A stretch of 64,000 nt of DNA from Haliotis rufescens (Eukaryota). A model generated the notes under the pieces. It saw only the letters and a program-made list of their open reading frames with translations. It ran no database searches and was not told the origin of the DNA. The DNA is taken from assembly GCF_023055435.1 (NCBI RefSeq), contig NW_025963780.1:17856001-17920000 (forward strand), in the 5' to 3' direction. Each line of letters starts with the position of its first letter. Positions within the stretch are counted from its first letter, which is position 1. This document shows positions 13,201 to 26,072 of the stretch, piece by piece. A program made the position numbers and the translations under genes.

Positions 13201-15050
13201 ATGGGGTGGAAGTAGGCATGATGGAGGTAAGAAGAGATGATGGAGTGAAGGCATGGGGGATGGGGTGGAAGTAGGCATGATGGAGGTAAGAAGAGATGAT
13301 GGAGTGAAGGCATGGGGGATGGAGTCGAAGTAGGCATGATGGAGGTAAGAAGAGATGATGGAGTGAAGGCATTGGGGATGGAGTGGAAGTAGGTATGATG
13401 GAGGGAAGCCATGATGGATGGGGGTGGAAGTAGGCATGATGGAGGTAAGAAGAGATGATGGAGTGAAGGCATGGGGGATGGAGTGGAAGTAGGCATGATG
13501 GAGGGAAGGCATGGGGGATGGGGTGGAAGTAGGCATGATGGAGGTAAGAAGAGATGATGGAGTGAAGGCATGGGGGATGGAGTGGAAGTAGGCATGATGG
13601 AGGTAAGAAGAGATGATGGAGTGAAGGCATGGGGGATGGAGTGGAAGTAGGCATGATGGAGGGAAGGCATGGGGGATGGGGTGGAAGTAGGCATGATGGA
13701 GGTAAGAAGAGATGATGGAGTGAAGGCATGGGGGATGGAGTGGAAGTAGGCATGATGGAGGTAAGAAGAGATGATGGAGTGAAGGCATGGGGGATGGAGT
13801 GGAAGTAGGCATGATGGAGGGAAGGTATAAGGGATGGAGGGGATGTAGCGATGATGGAGGGGAAGTAGGGATGATGGAGGGGAAGTAGGGTTGATGGAGG
13901 GAAGGTATGAGGAATGGAGGGGGGGAGGGGGTAGGGATGTTGGAGGGAAGGGCATGGAAGAATGAGTTGGAGTAGGATAGATAACGGTGAAGTGGGAAGG
14001 GAAGTGATGTGGGATGGTGGAGAAGTAGGGATGTTGGCGGTAAGGTATGAAGGATGGAGGGGAAGTAGGGATGATGGTGGAGAAGGAGGGATGTTGGAGG
14101 GAGGCATGTGGGATGGAGGGGAAGTAGGTATGATGGTGGAGAAGTAGGGATGTTGGAGTTATGGTACGAGGGATGGAGGAGAAGTAGGGATGTTGGAGGG
14201 GAAGTAGGGATGATGGCATTGATGATGGAGTGGAAGTAGATAAGAGGAAGGTGGAAGTAGGGATGATGTAGGGAGGCATGATGGATGTAGTGGAAGTAGG
14301 GATGATGGAGGGAAGGCACAGGGGGTGGAGGGTAAGTAGGAAATATGAAGGTGAAGTAGGGATGATGGAGAGAAGGCATTGAAGATGGAGTGGAAGTAGG
14401 TGAGATGAAGGTGAAGTAGGGATGATGGAGAGAAGGCATTGAAGAAAGAGTGTAAGTAGGAAAGATGAAGGTGAAGTAGGGATGATGGAGAGAAGGCATT
14501 GAAGATGGAGTGGAAGTAGGACAGATGAAGGTGAAGTAGGGATGATGGAGAGAAGGCATTGAAGATGGAGTGGAAGTAGGTGAGATGAAGGTGAAGTAGG
14601 GATGATGGAGAGAAGGCATTGAAGAAAGAGTGTAAGTAGGAAAGATGAAGGTGAAGTAGGGATGATGGAGAGAAGGCATTGAAGATGGAGTGGAAGTAGG
14701 ACAGATGAAGGTGAAGTAGGGATGATGGAGAGAAGGCATTGAAGATGGAGTGGAAGTAGGTAAGATGAAGGTGAAGTAGGGATGATGGAGAGAAGGCATT
14801 GAAGATGGAGTGGAAGTAGGAAAGATGAAGGTGAAGTAGGGTTGATGGAGAGAAGGCATGGGGGATGGGGTGGAAGTAGGACAGATGAAGGTGAAGTAGG
14901 GATGATGGAGAGAAGTTATGAGGGATGGAGGGGAAGTAGGGATGTTGGAGGGAAGGCATTGAGGATGGAGGGGAAGTAGGGATGTTGGAGGGAAGGCATT
15001 GAAGATTGAGTCGAAGTAGGAAAGATGAAGGTGAATGGAGGGGAAGTAGG
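10290..15050. repeat. Purine-rich minisatellite: ~59-bp and ~41-bp modules, then a 60-bp array at ~14345-14900
   Basis: ATGATGGAGGTAAGAAGAGATGATGGAGTGAAGGCATGGGGGATGGAGTGGAAGTAGGC repeats. A 60-bp period is visible at 14.35-14.9 kb. Confidence 0.95.
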
Positions 15051-15064
15051 GATTTAATTGGGTT

Positions 15065-15197
15065 CGATGATATGTATCAACTAAGTCAGCGAGCCTGACC
15101 ACCCGATCCCGTTAGTCGCCTTTTACGACAAGCATAGTCGCCTTTTACAGCAAGCATTGGTTGCTGAAGACCTATTCTACCCCGGATCTTCACGGGT
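15065..15197 (-). mobile_element. SINE family A, 5' portion
   Basis: Reverse complement of CCCGTGAAGATCCGGGGTAGAATAGGTCTTCAGCAACC..., lying between two satellite blocks. Confidence 0.85.
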
Positions 15198-15199
15198 GT

Positions 15200-18100
15200 C
15201 GAAAGGAATGGGAAATGGAGGGAAAATCTGGAGGATGAGAGGGAGTAGGGATGATGAAGGGTGGCACTGGGGATGGAGTGGAAGAAGCGAGGATGGATGG
15301 AGGCATGGGGATGGAGTGGAAGTAGGGAGAATGCGAGTGGAGGAAGGGTGAAGAAGTAGACACGTGGGAGGGATGATGCAGGGGAAGTAGACAAGGGAGG
15401 GAGGATGGAGGGGAAGTAGAGGCGTAGGAGGGAGAATGAAGGGAAAGTAGGAATGATGAAGGGGATGTAGAGACAATGGATTGTAAGTGAGAGGGGATTA
15501 GTGAGGATGGGGTGGGAGAGGATTGAAGGGTAGTAGGGAGTTTGGGTGGATGGAATGTAGAAATGTGGGAGGCAGGATGGAGGGTAAGTAGACACTTGGG
15601 GGGGGGGGGGGGGGGGGTTGAGTGGAAGTAGAGAAGAGAGGGTAGGATGGAAGGGAAGGAGAGTCGTGGGAGAGAGGATGGAAGGGAAGTAAAGTCGAGG
15701 GAGGGATGATGGAGTGGAAGTAGAGACGTTGGAGGGACGGTATAGAATGAAGGCAAAGTAGAGAAGAGAGGGTAGGATGGGAAGAGAAGTAGGGATTGGG
15801 GATGGAGGGGAAGTAGATACGGGGGAGGGAAGATGGAGGGTAAGTAGAGACGTAGGAGGGGGGGAGGCGGGAAGTAGAGACGAGGGAGGGAAGATGGAGG
15901 GGAAATAGGGACGTGGGAGGGAAGATGGAGGGGAAGTAGAGACGTGGGAGGAAAGATGGTGGGGGAGTAGGGACGTGGGAGGGATGATGGAGGGGAAGTA
16001 GGGACGTTGGAGGGAAGATGGAAGGGAAGTAGGGACGTGGGAGGGATGATGGAGGGGAAGTAGGGACGTGGGAGGGATGATGGAGGGGAAGTAGGGATGT
16101 GGGAGGGATGATGGAGGGGAAGTAGGGACGAGGGAGGGATGATGGAGGGGAAGTAGATACGAGGGAGGGAAGATGGAGGGGAAGTAGAGACGTGGGAGGG
16201 AAGATGGAGGGGAAGTAGGGTCGTGGGAGGGATGATGGAGGGTAAGTAGGGACGTGGGAGGTATGATGGAGGGGAAGAAGAGACGTGGGACGGATGATGG
16301 AGGGGAAGTAGAGACGTGGGACGGATGATGGAGGGGAAGTAGAGACGTGGGACGGATGATGGAGGGGAAGTAGAGACGTGGGACGGATGATGGAGGGGAA
16401 GTAGAGACGTGGGACGGATGATGGAGGGGAAGTAGAGACGTGGGACGGATGATGGAGGGGAAGTAGGGACGTGGGACGGATGATGGAGGGGAAGTAGGGA
16501 CGTGGGACGGATGATGGAGGGGAAGTAGAGACGTGGGAGGGAGATGGAGGTGAAGTAGAGACGAGGGAGGGAAGATGGAGGGGAAGTAGGGACGTAGGAG
16601 GGGGATGGAGAGGAAGTAGATGAGAGGGAGAGAGAATAGTGAGGAAGTAGAGAGGAGGGAAAGAAAGATGGAGGGGAAGTAGAGACGTGGGATGGGGGAT
16701 GGAGTGGAAGTAGATACGAGGGAGGGAAGATGGAGCGTAAGTAGGGACGTAGGAGGGGGATGGAGGTGAAGTAGAGACGTGGGAGGGAAGATGGAGTGGA
16801 AGTAGAGACGAGAGAGGGAAGATGGAGGGTAAGTAGGCACGTAGGAGGGGAATGGAGATGAAGTAGAGACGTAGGAGGGGGATGGAGGTGAAGTAGAGAC
16901 GAGGGAGGGAAGATGGAGGGGAAGTAGACGCGAGGGAGAGAGGGTGGAGAGGAAGTAGATAAGAGGGAGAGAGAATAGAGAGGATGTAGAGACGAGGGAA
17001 GATGGAGGGGAAGTAAAGACGTGGGAGGGATGATGGAGGGGAAGTAGAGACGTGAGAGCGGGGATGGAAGGGAAGAAGAGAAGAGGCATGGGGATAGAGG
17101 GTAAGTAGAGACGAGGGAGGGATGATGAAGGGTAAGTAGAGACCTGGGAGCGAGGATGGAGGGGAAGTAGAGACGTGGGAAGGATGATATAGAAGTAGAG
17201 ACGTTTGAGGGATGATGGAGGGGAATAAGAGACTTGGGACGCCGATGGAGGGGAAGAAGAGAAGTCGGAGGGAGGAGGGAGTGGAAGTTGAGACGTGGGA
17301 AAGGGGATGGAGGGTAAGTAGAGACTTGGGAAGGATGATATAGGGGAAGTAGAGACGTGGGAGGGATGATAGGGTGGGAGGGGGAGTAGAGACTTGGGAG
17401 GTAGGGGTGGAGGTGAAGTAGAGGAAAGGGAGGGAAGATGGAGGGTATATAGAGATGTGGGAGGGATGATGGAGGGGAAGTAGAGACCTGGGAGCGAGGA
17501 TGGAGGGGAAGTAGAGACGTGTGAGGGCTGATGGAGGGAAGTAGACAAGAGGGAGAGAGGATGGAGAGGAAGTAGGGACGAGGGAGGGAAGATGGAGGGG
17601 AAGTAGATACGTTGGACGGATGATGGAGGGGAAGTAGAGACGTGGGAGGGAAGATGGAGGGTAAGTAGGGACTTGGGAAGGATGATGGAGGTGAACTAAA
17701 GACATAGGAGGGAGGGAGAGTAGAGAGGTGGGAGGAGGGAGGGGAAGTAGAGACGTGGGAAGTGGGGTGAAAGGGGAGTAGAGACGTGGGAGGGGGGATT
17801 CAGCGGAGGTATAAACGAGGGAACGAGGATGGAGAGGAGGTAGAGAAGAGACTGTAGGATGGTAGGGAAGTAGAGACGTGGGAGGAAGGATGGACGGTAA
17901 GTAGAGACGTGGGAGGGTGGATGAAGGGTAAGCATAGACGTGGGAACGAGGATGGAGTGGAAGAAGAGACGTGGGAAGGATGATATAGGATATAGGGGAA
18001 GTAGAAAGGTGGGAGGGAGAATGGAGGGGAAGTAGAGACGTGGGACGGGGTGGGGGGTGGGAGGGGGAAATAAAGACGTGGGAGGAAGGATGGAGGGTAA

Positions 18101-21100
18101 GTAGAGACGTGGGAGGGGGGGGGGGGGGGTGGAGGGTAAGCATAGACGTGGGAGCGAGGATGGAGTGGAAGTATAGACGTGGGAAGGATGATATAGGGGA
18201 ATTAGAGACGTTTAAGGGATGATGGAGGGGAAGTAGAGACGTAGGACTGGGATGGAAGCGAAGTAGAGACGAGGAGGGAAGGTTGAGGGAAAGTAGAGAC
18301 GAGGGAAGGACGATGGAGGGTAAGTAAAGAAGTGGGAGGGAGGAGGGAGTGGAATTAGAGACGTGGGAAAGGGGACGGATGGGAAGTGTACAAGGAAGGG
18401 AGGATTGAGGGGAAATAGAGACGTGGGAAAGGGGACGGATGGGAAGTGTACAAGGAAGGGAGGATTGAGGGGAAGTAGAGATGCGGGAGGGGGTCGGAGG
18501 GTAAGTAGAGAACTGGGAAGGATGATATAGGGGAAGTAGAAACGTGGGAGGGATGATGGGGGGAGGGGAAGTAGAGACGTGGGAGGTGGGGGTGGAGGTG
18601 AAGTAAAGACGAGGGAGGGAAGGACGAGGGTAAGTCGAGATGTTGGAGGGAAGATGGAGGGGAAGTAGAGACGTGGGAGGGAGGATGGAGGGGAAGTAGA
18701 GAAGAGGGACAGAGCATGGAGAGGAAGTAGAGACGAGGGAGGGAAGATGGCGGGGAAGTAGAGAAGTGGGAGGGAGGATCGAGTGGAAGTAGAGACGTGG
18801 GAAAGGGGATGGAGGGGAAGTGTACAGAGAAGGAAGGATTGAGGGGAAGTAGAGACTTAGGAAGGACGATATAGGAGAAGTAGAGACGTGGGAGGGGGGA
18901 GGGGGGGGGGGGGGGGGGGAGTAGAAACTAGGGAGCGTGGATGGAGAGGAAGTAAAGAAGAGACGGTAGGATGGTAGGGAAGTAAAGGCGTAGGAGTGGG
19001 GAATGGTGGATAAATAGAGACGTGGGAAGGGGGATGGTAGGTAAGTAGATACGTGGGAAGGATGATAGAGGGGGAGTAGAGGCGTGGGAGGGATGATGGA
19101 GAGGAAGAGGAGACGAGTTAGGGAAGATGGTTGGTAAATAGTGATGTGGGAGTGAGGATGGAGGGGGATTAGAAACGTGGGAACGACGATTGAGGGTAAG
19201 TAGAATCGAGGGAGAGAGGATTGAGAGGAAGTAGAGAAGAGACGGTAGGATGGTAGGGAAGTAGAGAGGTAGGAGTAGGGAATGGAGGATAAATAGAGAC
19301 GTGGGAGGGGGATGAAGGGGGAATAGAGATTTGGGAGGGTAGATGGAGGGGAAGTAGAGACCAGGGACGGACAATTGAGGGGAAGTAGAATCGAGGGAGA
19401 GAGGATGGAGACGAAGTAGAGAAGAGACGGAGGGATGGTAGGGAAGTAGAGACGAGGGAGGGAAGATGGAGGGGAAGTGGAGATGTGGGAGAGAGGATAG
19501 AGGGTAGGTAAACAAGAGGGAGAGAGGATGGAGAGGAGGTAGAGACGTGGGGAGGGAGGGGAAGTAGAGACGTGGGAGTAGAAACGTGGGAAGCACGATT
19601 GAGGGGAGCAGAATCGAGGGAGAGGGGATGAAGAGGAAGTACAGAAGAAACGGTAGGATGGTAGGGAAGTAGAGACGTAGGCATGGGTAATGGAGGGTAA
19701 ATAGAGACGTGGGAGGGGGGGGGGGGATGGGGAATAAAGACGTGGGAGGAGGGATGGAGGGTAAGTGGAGACGTGGGAGGGGGGATGAAAGGGGAACAGT
19801 GATGTGGGAGGGAAGATGAAGGGGAAGTAGAGACGTGGGAGGGAAGATGGAGGGGAAGTGGAGATGTGGGAAAGAGGATAGAGGGAAAGTAGACAAGAGG
19901 GAGAGAGGATGGAGAGGAAGTAGAGGCAAGAGGGAGGGAAGATGGAGGGGAAGTGGCGATGTGGGAAAGAGGATAGAGGGTAAGTAGACAAGACCGAGAG
20001 AGGATGGAGAGGAAGTAGAGACGTGGAGAGGGAGGGGAAGTAGAGACGTGGGAGGGAAGATGGAGGGGAAGTAGAGATGTGGAAGGGTGATGGAGGTGAA
20101 CTGAAGACATGGAAGGGAGGAGCGAGGGGAAGTTGAGACGTGGGAGGATGGAGGGTAAGTAGAGTCGTGGGAGGGAGGATTCGGGTGAAGTAGAAACAAG
20201 GGAACGAGGATGGAGAGGAAGTAGAGAAGAGAGGGTAGGATGGTAGGCAAGAAGAGACATGGGAGCCAGGCTGGAGGGGAAGTAGAGACGTGGGAAGGAT
20301 TATATGGGGGGAAGTAGAGACCTTTGGGGAATGATGGACGGGAAGTAGAGACGTGGGAAGGTGGATGAAGGGGAGTAGAGACGTGGGAGGGAGAATTCAG
20401 GTGAATCTAGGTGATTCAAGTAGAATTCTGGTGAATCCAAGTAGAAACGAGGGAACGAGGATGGAGAAGCAGTAGAGAAGAGACGGTCGGATGGTAGGGA
20501 AGCAGAGACGTGGGAGGGGGATGGAGGGTAAGTTGAGACATGGGAGAAGGATGGAGGGGAAGCAGAGACTTGGGAAGGATGATATGGGGGAAGTAGAGAC
20601 GTTTGAGGGATGGTGGAGGGGAAGTAGAGACATGGGGAGGATGATGGAGGGTAAGTAGAGAAGTGGGAGGGAGGATCGAGTGGAAGTAGAGACGTGGGAA
20701 AGGGGATGGAGGGGAAGTGTACAGGGAAGGAAGGATTGAGGGGAAGTAGAGACTTAGGAAGGACGATATAGGAGAAGTAGAGACGTGGGAGGGAGGGTTG
20801 GGGGGGAAGTAGAAACTAGGGAGCGTGGATGGAGAGGAAGTAGAGAAGAGACGGTAGGATGGTAGGGAAGTAGAGGCGTAGGAGTGGGAATGGAGGATAA
20901 ATAGAGACGTGGGAAGGGGGATGGTGGGTAAGTAGATACGTGGGAAGGATGATAGAGGGGGAGTAGAGGCGTGGGAGGGATGATGGAGAGGAAGTAGAGA
21001 CGAGGGAGGGTAGCTAGGGTAGGTGGGGATGTGGAAGTTAGGATGGAGGGAAGTAGAGATGTGGGAAGAACGATTGAGGGGAAGTAGAATCGAGGGAGAG

Positions 21101-24100
21101 AGGATGGAGAGGAAGTACAGAAGAGAAGGTAGGATGGTAGGGTAGTAGAGACGTAGGAGTTGGGAATGGAGGGTAAGTAGAGACGTGGGAGGGGGGATGA
21201 AGGGGGGAATAGAGATGTGGGAGGGAAGATGGAGGGGAAGTAGAGACGTGGGAGAGAGGATGGAGAGGAAGTAAAGACAAGGGAGGGAAGATGAAGGGGG
21301 AATAAAGACGTGGGAGGTGGGATGGAGGGCAAGTAGAGACAGGGGAGGGGGGATGAAGGGGGAATAGAGATGCGGGAGGGAAGATGGAGGGGAAGTTGAG
21401 ACGTGGGAGGATAGAGGGGAAGTAGAGACGTGGGAAGGGGGATGAAGGGGAGTAGACACTTCGGAGGGAGGATTCAGGTGAAGTAGAAACGAGGGAATGA
21501 GGATGGAGAGGAAGTAGAGAAGAGACGGTCGGATGGTAGGGAAGTAGAGACGAGGGAGGGAAGATGGAGGGAAAATGGAGGGAAAGAAGAGACATGGGAG
21601 CAAGGATTGGAGGGGAAGTTAATACGTGGGAAGGATTATATAGGGGAAGTAGAGACGTTTGGGGAATGATGGAGGGGAAGTTGTGACGTGGGACGGGGAT
21701 GGAGGAGAAGTAGAGACGTGGGAAGGTGAATGAAGGGGAGTAAAGAGGTGGGAGGGAGGATTAAGGTGAAGTAGAAAGGAGGGAACGAGGATGGAGAGGA
21801 AGTAGAGAAGAGACGGTCGGATGGTAGGGAAGTAGAGATGTGGGAGGGGGATGGAGGGTAAGTAGAGACATGGGAGAAGGATGGAGGGGAAGCAGAGACT
21901 TGGGAAGGATGGTATGGGGGAAGTAGAGACGTTTGAGGGATGATGGGGGGAAAGTAGAGACGTTTGAGGGATGGTGGAGGGGAAGTAGAGACGTGGAACG
22001 GGGTTTGAGGGGAAGTAGAAACTTAGAAAGGACGATATAGGGGGGTGGAGACGTGGGAGGGATGATGGTCTGGAAGTAGAAACGTGGGAAGGGGGATGGA
22101 GGGTAAGTAGAGACGAGGGAGGGAAGATGGAGGGTAAGTAGGGACGTGGGAGTGGGGACGGGGTGAAATAGAGACGAGGGAGGGAAGATGGAGGGTAAGT
22201 AGAGACGTGGGAGGGAGGATGGAGGGGAAGTAGAGACGAGGGAGGGAAGATGGAGGGTAAGTAGGGACGTGGGAGTGGGGACGGGGGTGAAGTAGAGACG
22301 TAGGAAGGTGGATGGGGGGTAAGTAGAGGCGTGAGACTGAGGATGGTGGGTAGGTAGACAAGAGGGAGAGAGGATGGAGAGGAAGTAGAAACGTGGGAGG
22401 AATGGTGGAGGGGAAGTAGAGATGTGGGAGAATGGGGATGGGGGTAAGTAGAGACGAGGGAGGGAAGATTGAGGGGAAGTAGAGACGTGGGGGGAAAGAT
22501 GGAGGGTAAGTAGAGATGTGGGAGTTAGGATGGAGGGGAAGTAGAGAAGTAGGAGGGTGGTGGAGGTGAACAAGAGACGTGGGAGGATGGAGGGTAAGTT
22601 GAGAAGTGGGAAGGGGGATATAGGGGGAGTAGAGACGTGGGAGGGAGGATGGAGAGGAAGTAGAGTAGAGACGGCAGGATGGTAGGGAAGTAGAGACGCA
22701 GGAGTGGGTAATTGGAGGATAAATGGAGACGTAGGAAGGGGGATGATGGGTAAGTAGAGGCGTGGGAGGGATGATGGTTGACGATTGAGGGGAAGTGGAA
22801 TTGAGGGAGAGAGGATGGAGAGGACGTACAGAAGAGACGGTAGGATGGTAGGGAAGTAGAGACGTAGGAGTGGGGAATGGAGGGTAAATAGAAAGATGGA
22901 GGGGAAGTAGAGACGTAGGAGAGAGAGGATGGAGAGGAAGTAGAGACTTTGGAAGGATGATAAAGAAGTAGAACCGTGGGAGGGATGATGGAAGGGAAGT
23001 AGAGCCGTGGGAGGGAAGATGGAGGGTAAGTGGAGATGTGGTAGTGAGGATGGAGGGGAAGTAGAGACGTGTGAGGGATGATGGAGGGTAAGTAGAGATG
23101 TGGGAGGGAGGATAGAGGGGAAGTAGCGACGTTGAAGGGGGTTGCAGGTGAACTCAAGACATGGGAGGGAGGGGAAGTAGGGACGTGGGAGGATCGAGGG
23201 TAACTAGAGATGTTGGAAGGAGGACGAAGGGGGAGGTGAAGTAGAAACGACGGAGCGAGGAAGGAGAGGAAGTAGAGAAGAGACGGTGGGATGGTAGGAA
23301 AGTAGAGACGTGGTAGGGGGGATGGATGGTAAGAAGAGACGTGAGAGCGAGGATGGAGGGGAAGTAGAGACGTTTGAGGGATGATGGAGGGTAAGTAGAG
23401 ATGTGGGAGGGAGGATAGAGGGGAAGTAGCGACGTTGAAGGGGGTTGGAGGTGAACTCAAGACATGGGAGGGAGGGGAAGTAGGGACGTGGGAGGATCGA
23501 GGGTAACTAGAGATGTTGGAAGGAGGACAAAGGGGGAGGTGAAGTAGAAACGACGGAGCGAGGAAGGAGAGGAAGTAGAGAAGAGACGGTGGGATGGTAG
23601 GAAAGTAGAGACGTGGTAGGGGGGATGGATGGTAAGAAGAGACGTGAGAGCGAGGATGGAGGGGAAGTAGAGACGTTTGAGGGATGATGGAGGGTAAGTA
23701 GAGATGTGGGAGGGAGGATAGAGGGGAAGTAGCGACGTTGAAGGGGGTTGGAGGTGAACTCAAGACATGGGAGGGAGGGGAAGTAGGGACGTGGGAGGAT
23801 CGAGGGTAACTAGAGATGTTGGAAGGAGGACAAAGGGGGAGGTGAAGTAGAAACGACGGAGCGAGGAAGGAGAGGAAGTAGAGAAGAGACGGTGGGATGC
23901 TAGGAAAGTAGAGACGTGGTAGGGGGGATGGATGGTAAAAAGAGACGTGGGAGCGAGGATGGAGGGGTGGTAGAGACGTTGGAGGGGGATCGTGGGGAAG
24001 TAAAGACGAGGAGGGAAGATTGAGGTTAAGTAGGGACGTAGAGAAGAGACGGTGGGATGCTAGGAAAGTAGAGACGTGGTAGGGGGGATGGATGGTAAGA

Positions 24101-24200
24101 AGAGACGTGGGAAGGGGGATTGAGGGCAAGTATAGACGTTGGAGGGTGATCGACAAGAGGGAGAGTGGATGGAGGCGGGGGGGGGGGGGGGGGGGGGGGG
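15200..24200. repeat. Degenerate ~31-bp purine-rich minisatellite (GGGAGGGAAGATGGAGGGGAAGTAGAGACGT) with poly-G tracts and a 303-bp higher-order repeat at ~23040-24000
   Basis: 31-bp period is clear at 16270-16520. The same block recurs at 23051, 23354 and 23657. Confidence 0.95.
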
Positions 24201-24202
24201 GG

Positions 24203-24477
24203 GTTGGTTTGGTTTGTTTCTTGTTATGCGGCACTCAGCAATCAGCAATATTCCAGGTATATGACGGCGGTCTGTAAATAATCGAGTCTGGACCAGACAA
24301 TCCAGTGATTGATATCATGAGCATCAATCCATGAAATTGGGATCGATGACATGCATCAACCAAGTCAGCGAGTCTGACCACCCCATCCCGTTAGTCGCCT
24401 CTTACGACAAGCATAGTCACCTTTTATGGCAAGCATGGGTTGCTGAATACCTATTCTACCCCGGGTCTTCACGGGTC
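24203..24477 (-). mobile_element. SINE family A, full length (also at ~27989-28267, ~31781-32058, ~35601-35875)
   Basis: Complete head-to-(AAAC)n-tail copy at the start of each 3.8-kb unit. Confidence 0.9.
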
Positions 24478-25900
24478 AGGGAGGGGAGATGGAGGGGAAG
24501 TAGAGATGAGGGAGGGAAGATGGAGGGTGAGAAGAGACGTAGGAGGGGGATGGAGGGTAAGTAGAGACGAGGGAGGGGGATGGAGGGGAAATAGAGACAT
24601 GGGAGGGAGGATGGAGGTTAAGTAGAGACGTGGGAGGTGGATGGAGGGGGAGTAGAGACTTGGGAGGAAGGATTTAGGGGAAGTAGAGAAGAGACGATAG
24701 GATGGTAGGGAAGTAGAGACATGGGAGGGAGGATGGAGGTTGAGTAGAGACGTGGGAGGTGGATGGAGGGGGAGTAGAGACTTGGGAGGAAGGATTTAGG
24801 GGAAGTAGAGAAGAGACGATAGGATGGTAGGGAAGTAGAGACATGGGAGGGGGGATGGAGGGCAAGTAGAGATGTGGGAAGGGGGATGGAGGGTAAGTAT
24901 AGACGTGTGATTGAGTGGGAGGGAGGATGAAGGAGAAGTAGAGATGTTGGAGGGAGGATGGAGGGGAAATAGACATGAGGGAGGGAAGATGGAGGGTAAG
25001 TAGAGATGTTGGAGGGAGGACGGAGGGGAAGTAGAGGCGAGGTAGGGAGAATGAAGGGAAAGTAGGAATGATGAAGGGGACATAGAGACAATGGATTGTA
25101 AGTGATTGGGGATTAGGGAGGATGGGGTGGCGGAGGGTTGAAGGGAAGTAGCGAGTTTTGGTGGAGGGGATGTAGAGACATGGGAGGGAGGATGAAGGGG
25201 AAGTAGACACGAGGGAGGGAGGATGTAGAGACGAGGAAGGGAAGATGGACACGACAGGACACGACACGATCTCTTTATATCCGACAGAAACTGAAAATAA
25301 CTTTGAAAATGCTGTAAGTACAGCCACACCAAGGAAAGATGTTTCCCATCCGTATACGGCTGATGAAGTTGTATTATATGCTTCAATATATGTTCATTTA
25401 TGATCAGTGTTCCTCAGAGTGACCCACCTTTTGAGTCAGTCAGAATAATTTACCAGTCACCCATGTTTGTATTAGGAACCTTTTGGTGACAATGGCTACC
25501 CGGCGTTAAAATTTTGCACTGGTCTTATAGTGCCAAACTGCCCAATAGTTAAGGTGCCATAAGGAATAGGATAAATTTGTTCTTTCAAAGGGTTTTAAAG
25601 GTATCATTATAATGACTAGTTGGCTAAAACTAACGCTGCTACTGAGTATGAATAGTTCTAAATGGAGGACCAGCTGTGACGTGTTGTATCAGCTTATTGC
25701 CAGTGTTCATCATTGACTAACCGTAAAATGGTTTACTATGAATCATCTTGTCCCACTAACCACTGGTTTGCCTTGTCTAGGCTGGATTACCTGAAATGCC
25801 GCCATGGTAAAGTTGCAACAATGCCGATTACCTCAATCACTCACTCATGAGTGTGTTAACAAACATGTGTTACACGTTTCCACTGCTTCACTCAGAGATA

Positions 25901-26072
25901 CAGGGATAATTCTGGGGTGGTACCTTGTGCATTTAGCCCCTAAATTTGAAAAAAGGCCCACATTTTATTACAATTGGGCATTTTAACATTGTGCTTGTAT
26001 GGGCCTCCCTCTGGAATATTTGAAATTTTCACATAAAGGGCCCAGGTCAGAAAATTACTAGAGTGAACCCTG
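25901..26072. mobile_element. Short hAT-like MITE (present in each 3.8-kb unit)
   Basis: CAGGG...CCCTG imperfect TIRs flanked by GAGAT(A/G). Absent from the paralogous site at ~47230 (aagagatgcacgtg). Confidence 0.55.

Noticed and set aside
10349-25386. Very long minus-strand Pro/Ser/Leu/His ORFs (up to 1524 aa)
   Set aside because: They are open in several frames at once because the C/T-rich satellite strand lacks stop codons. No domain or splice support.
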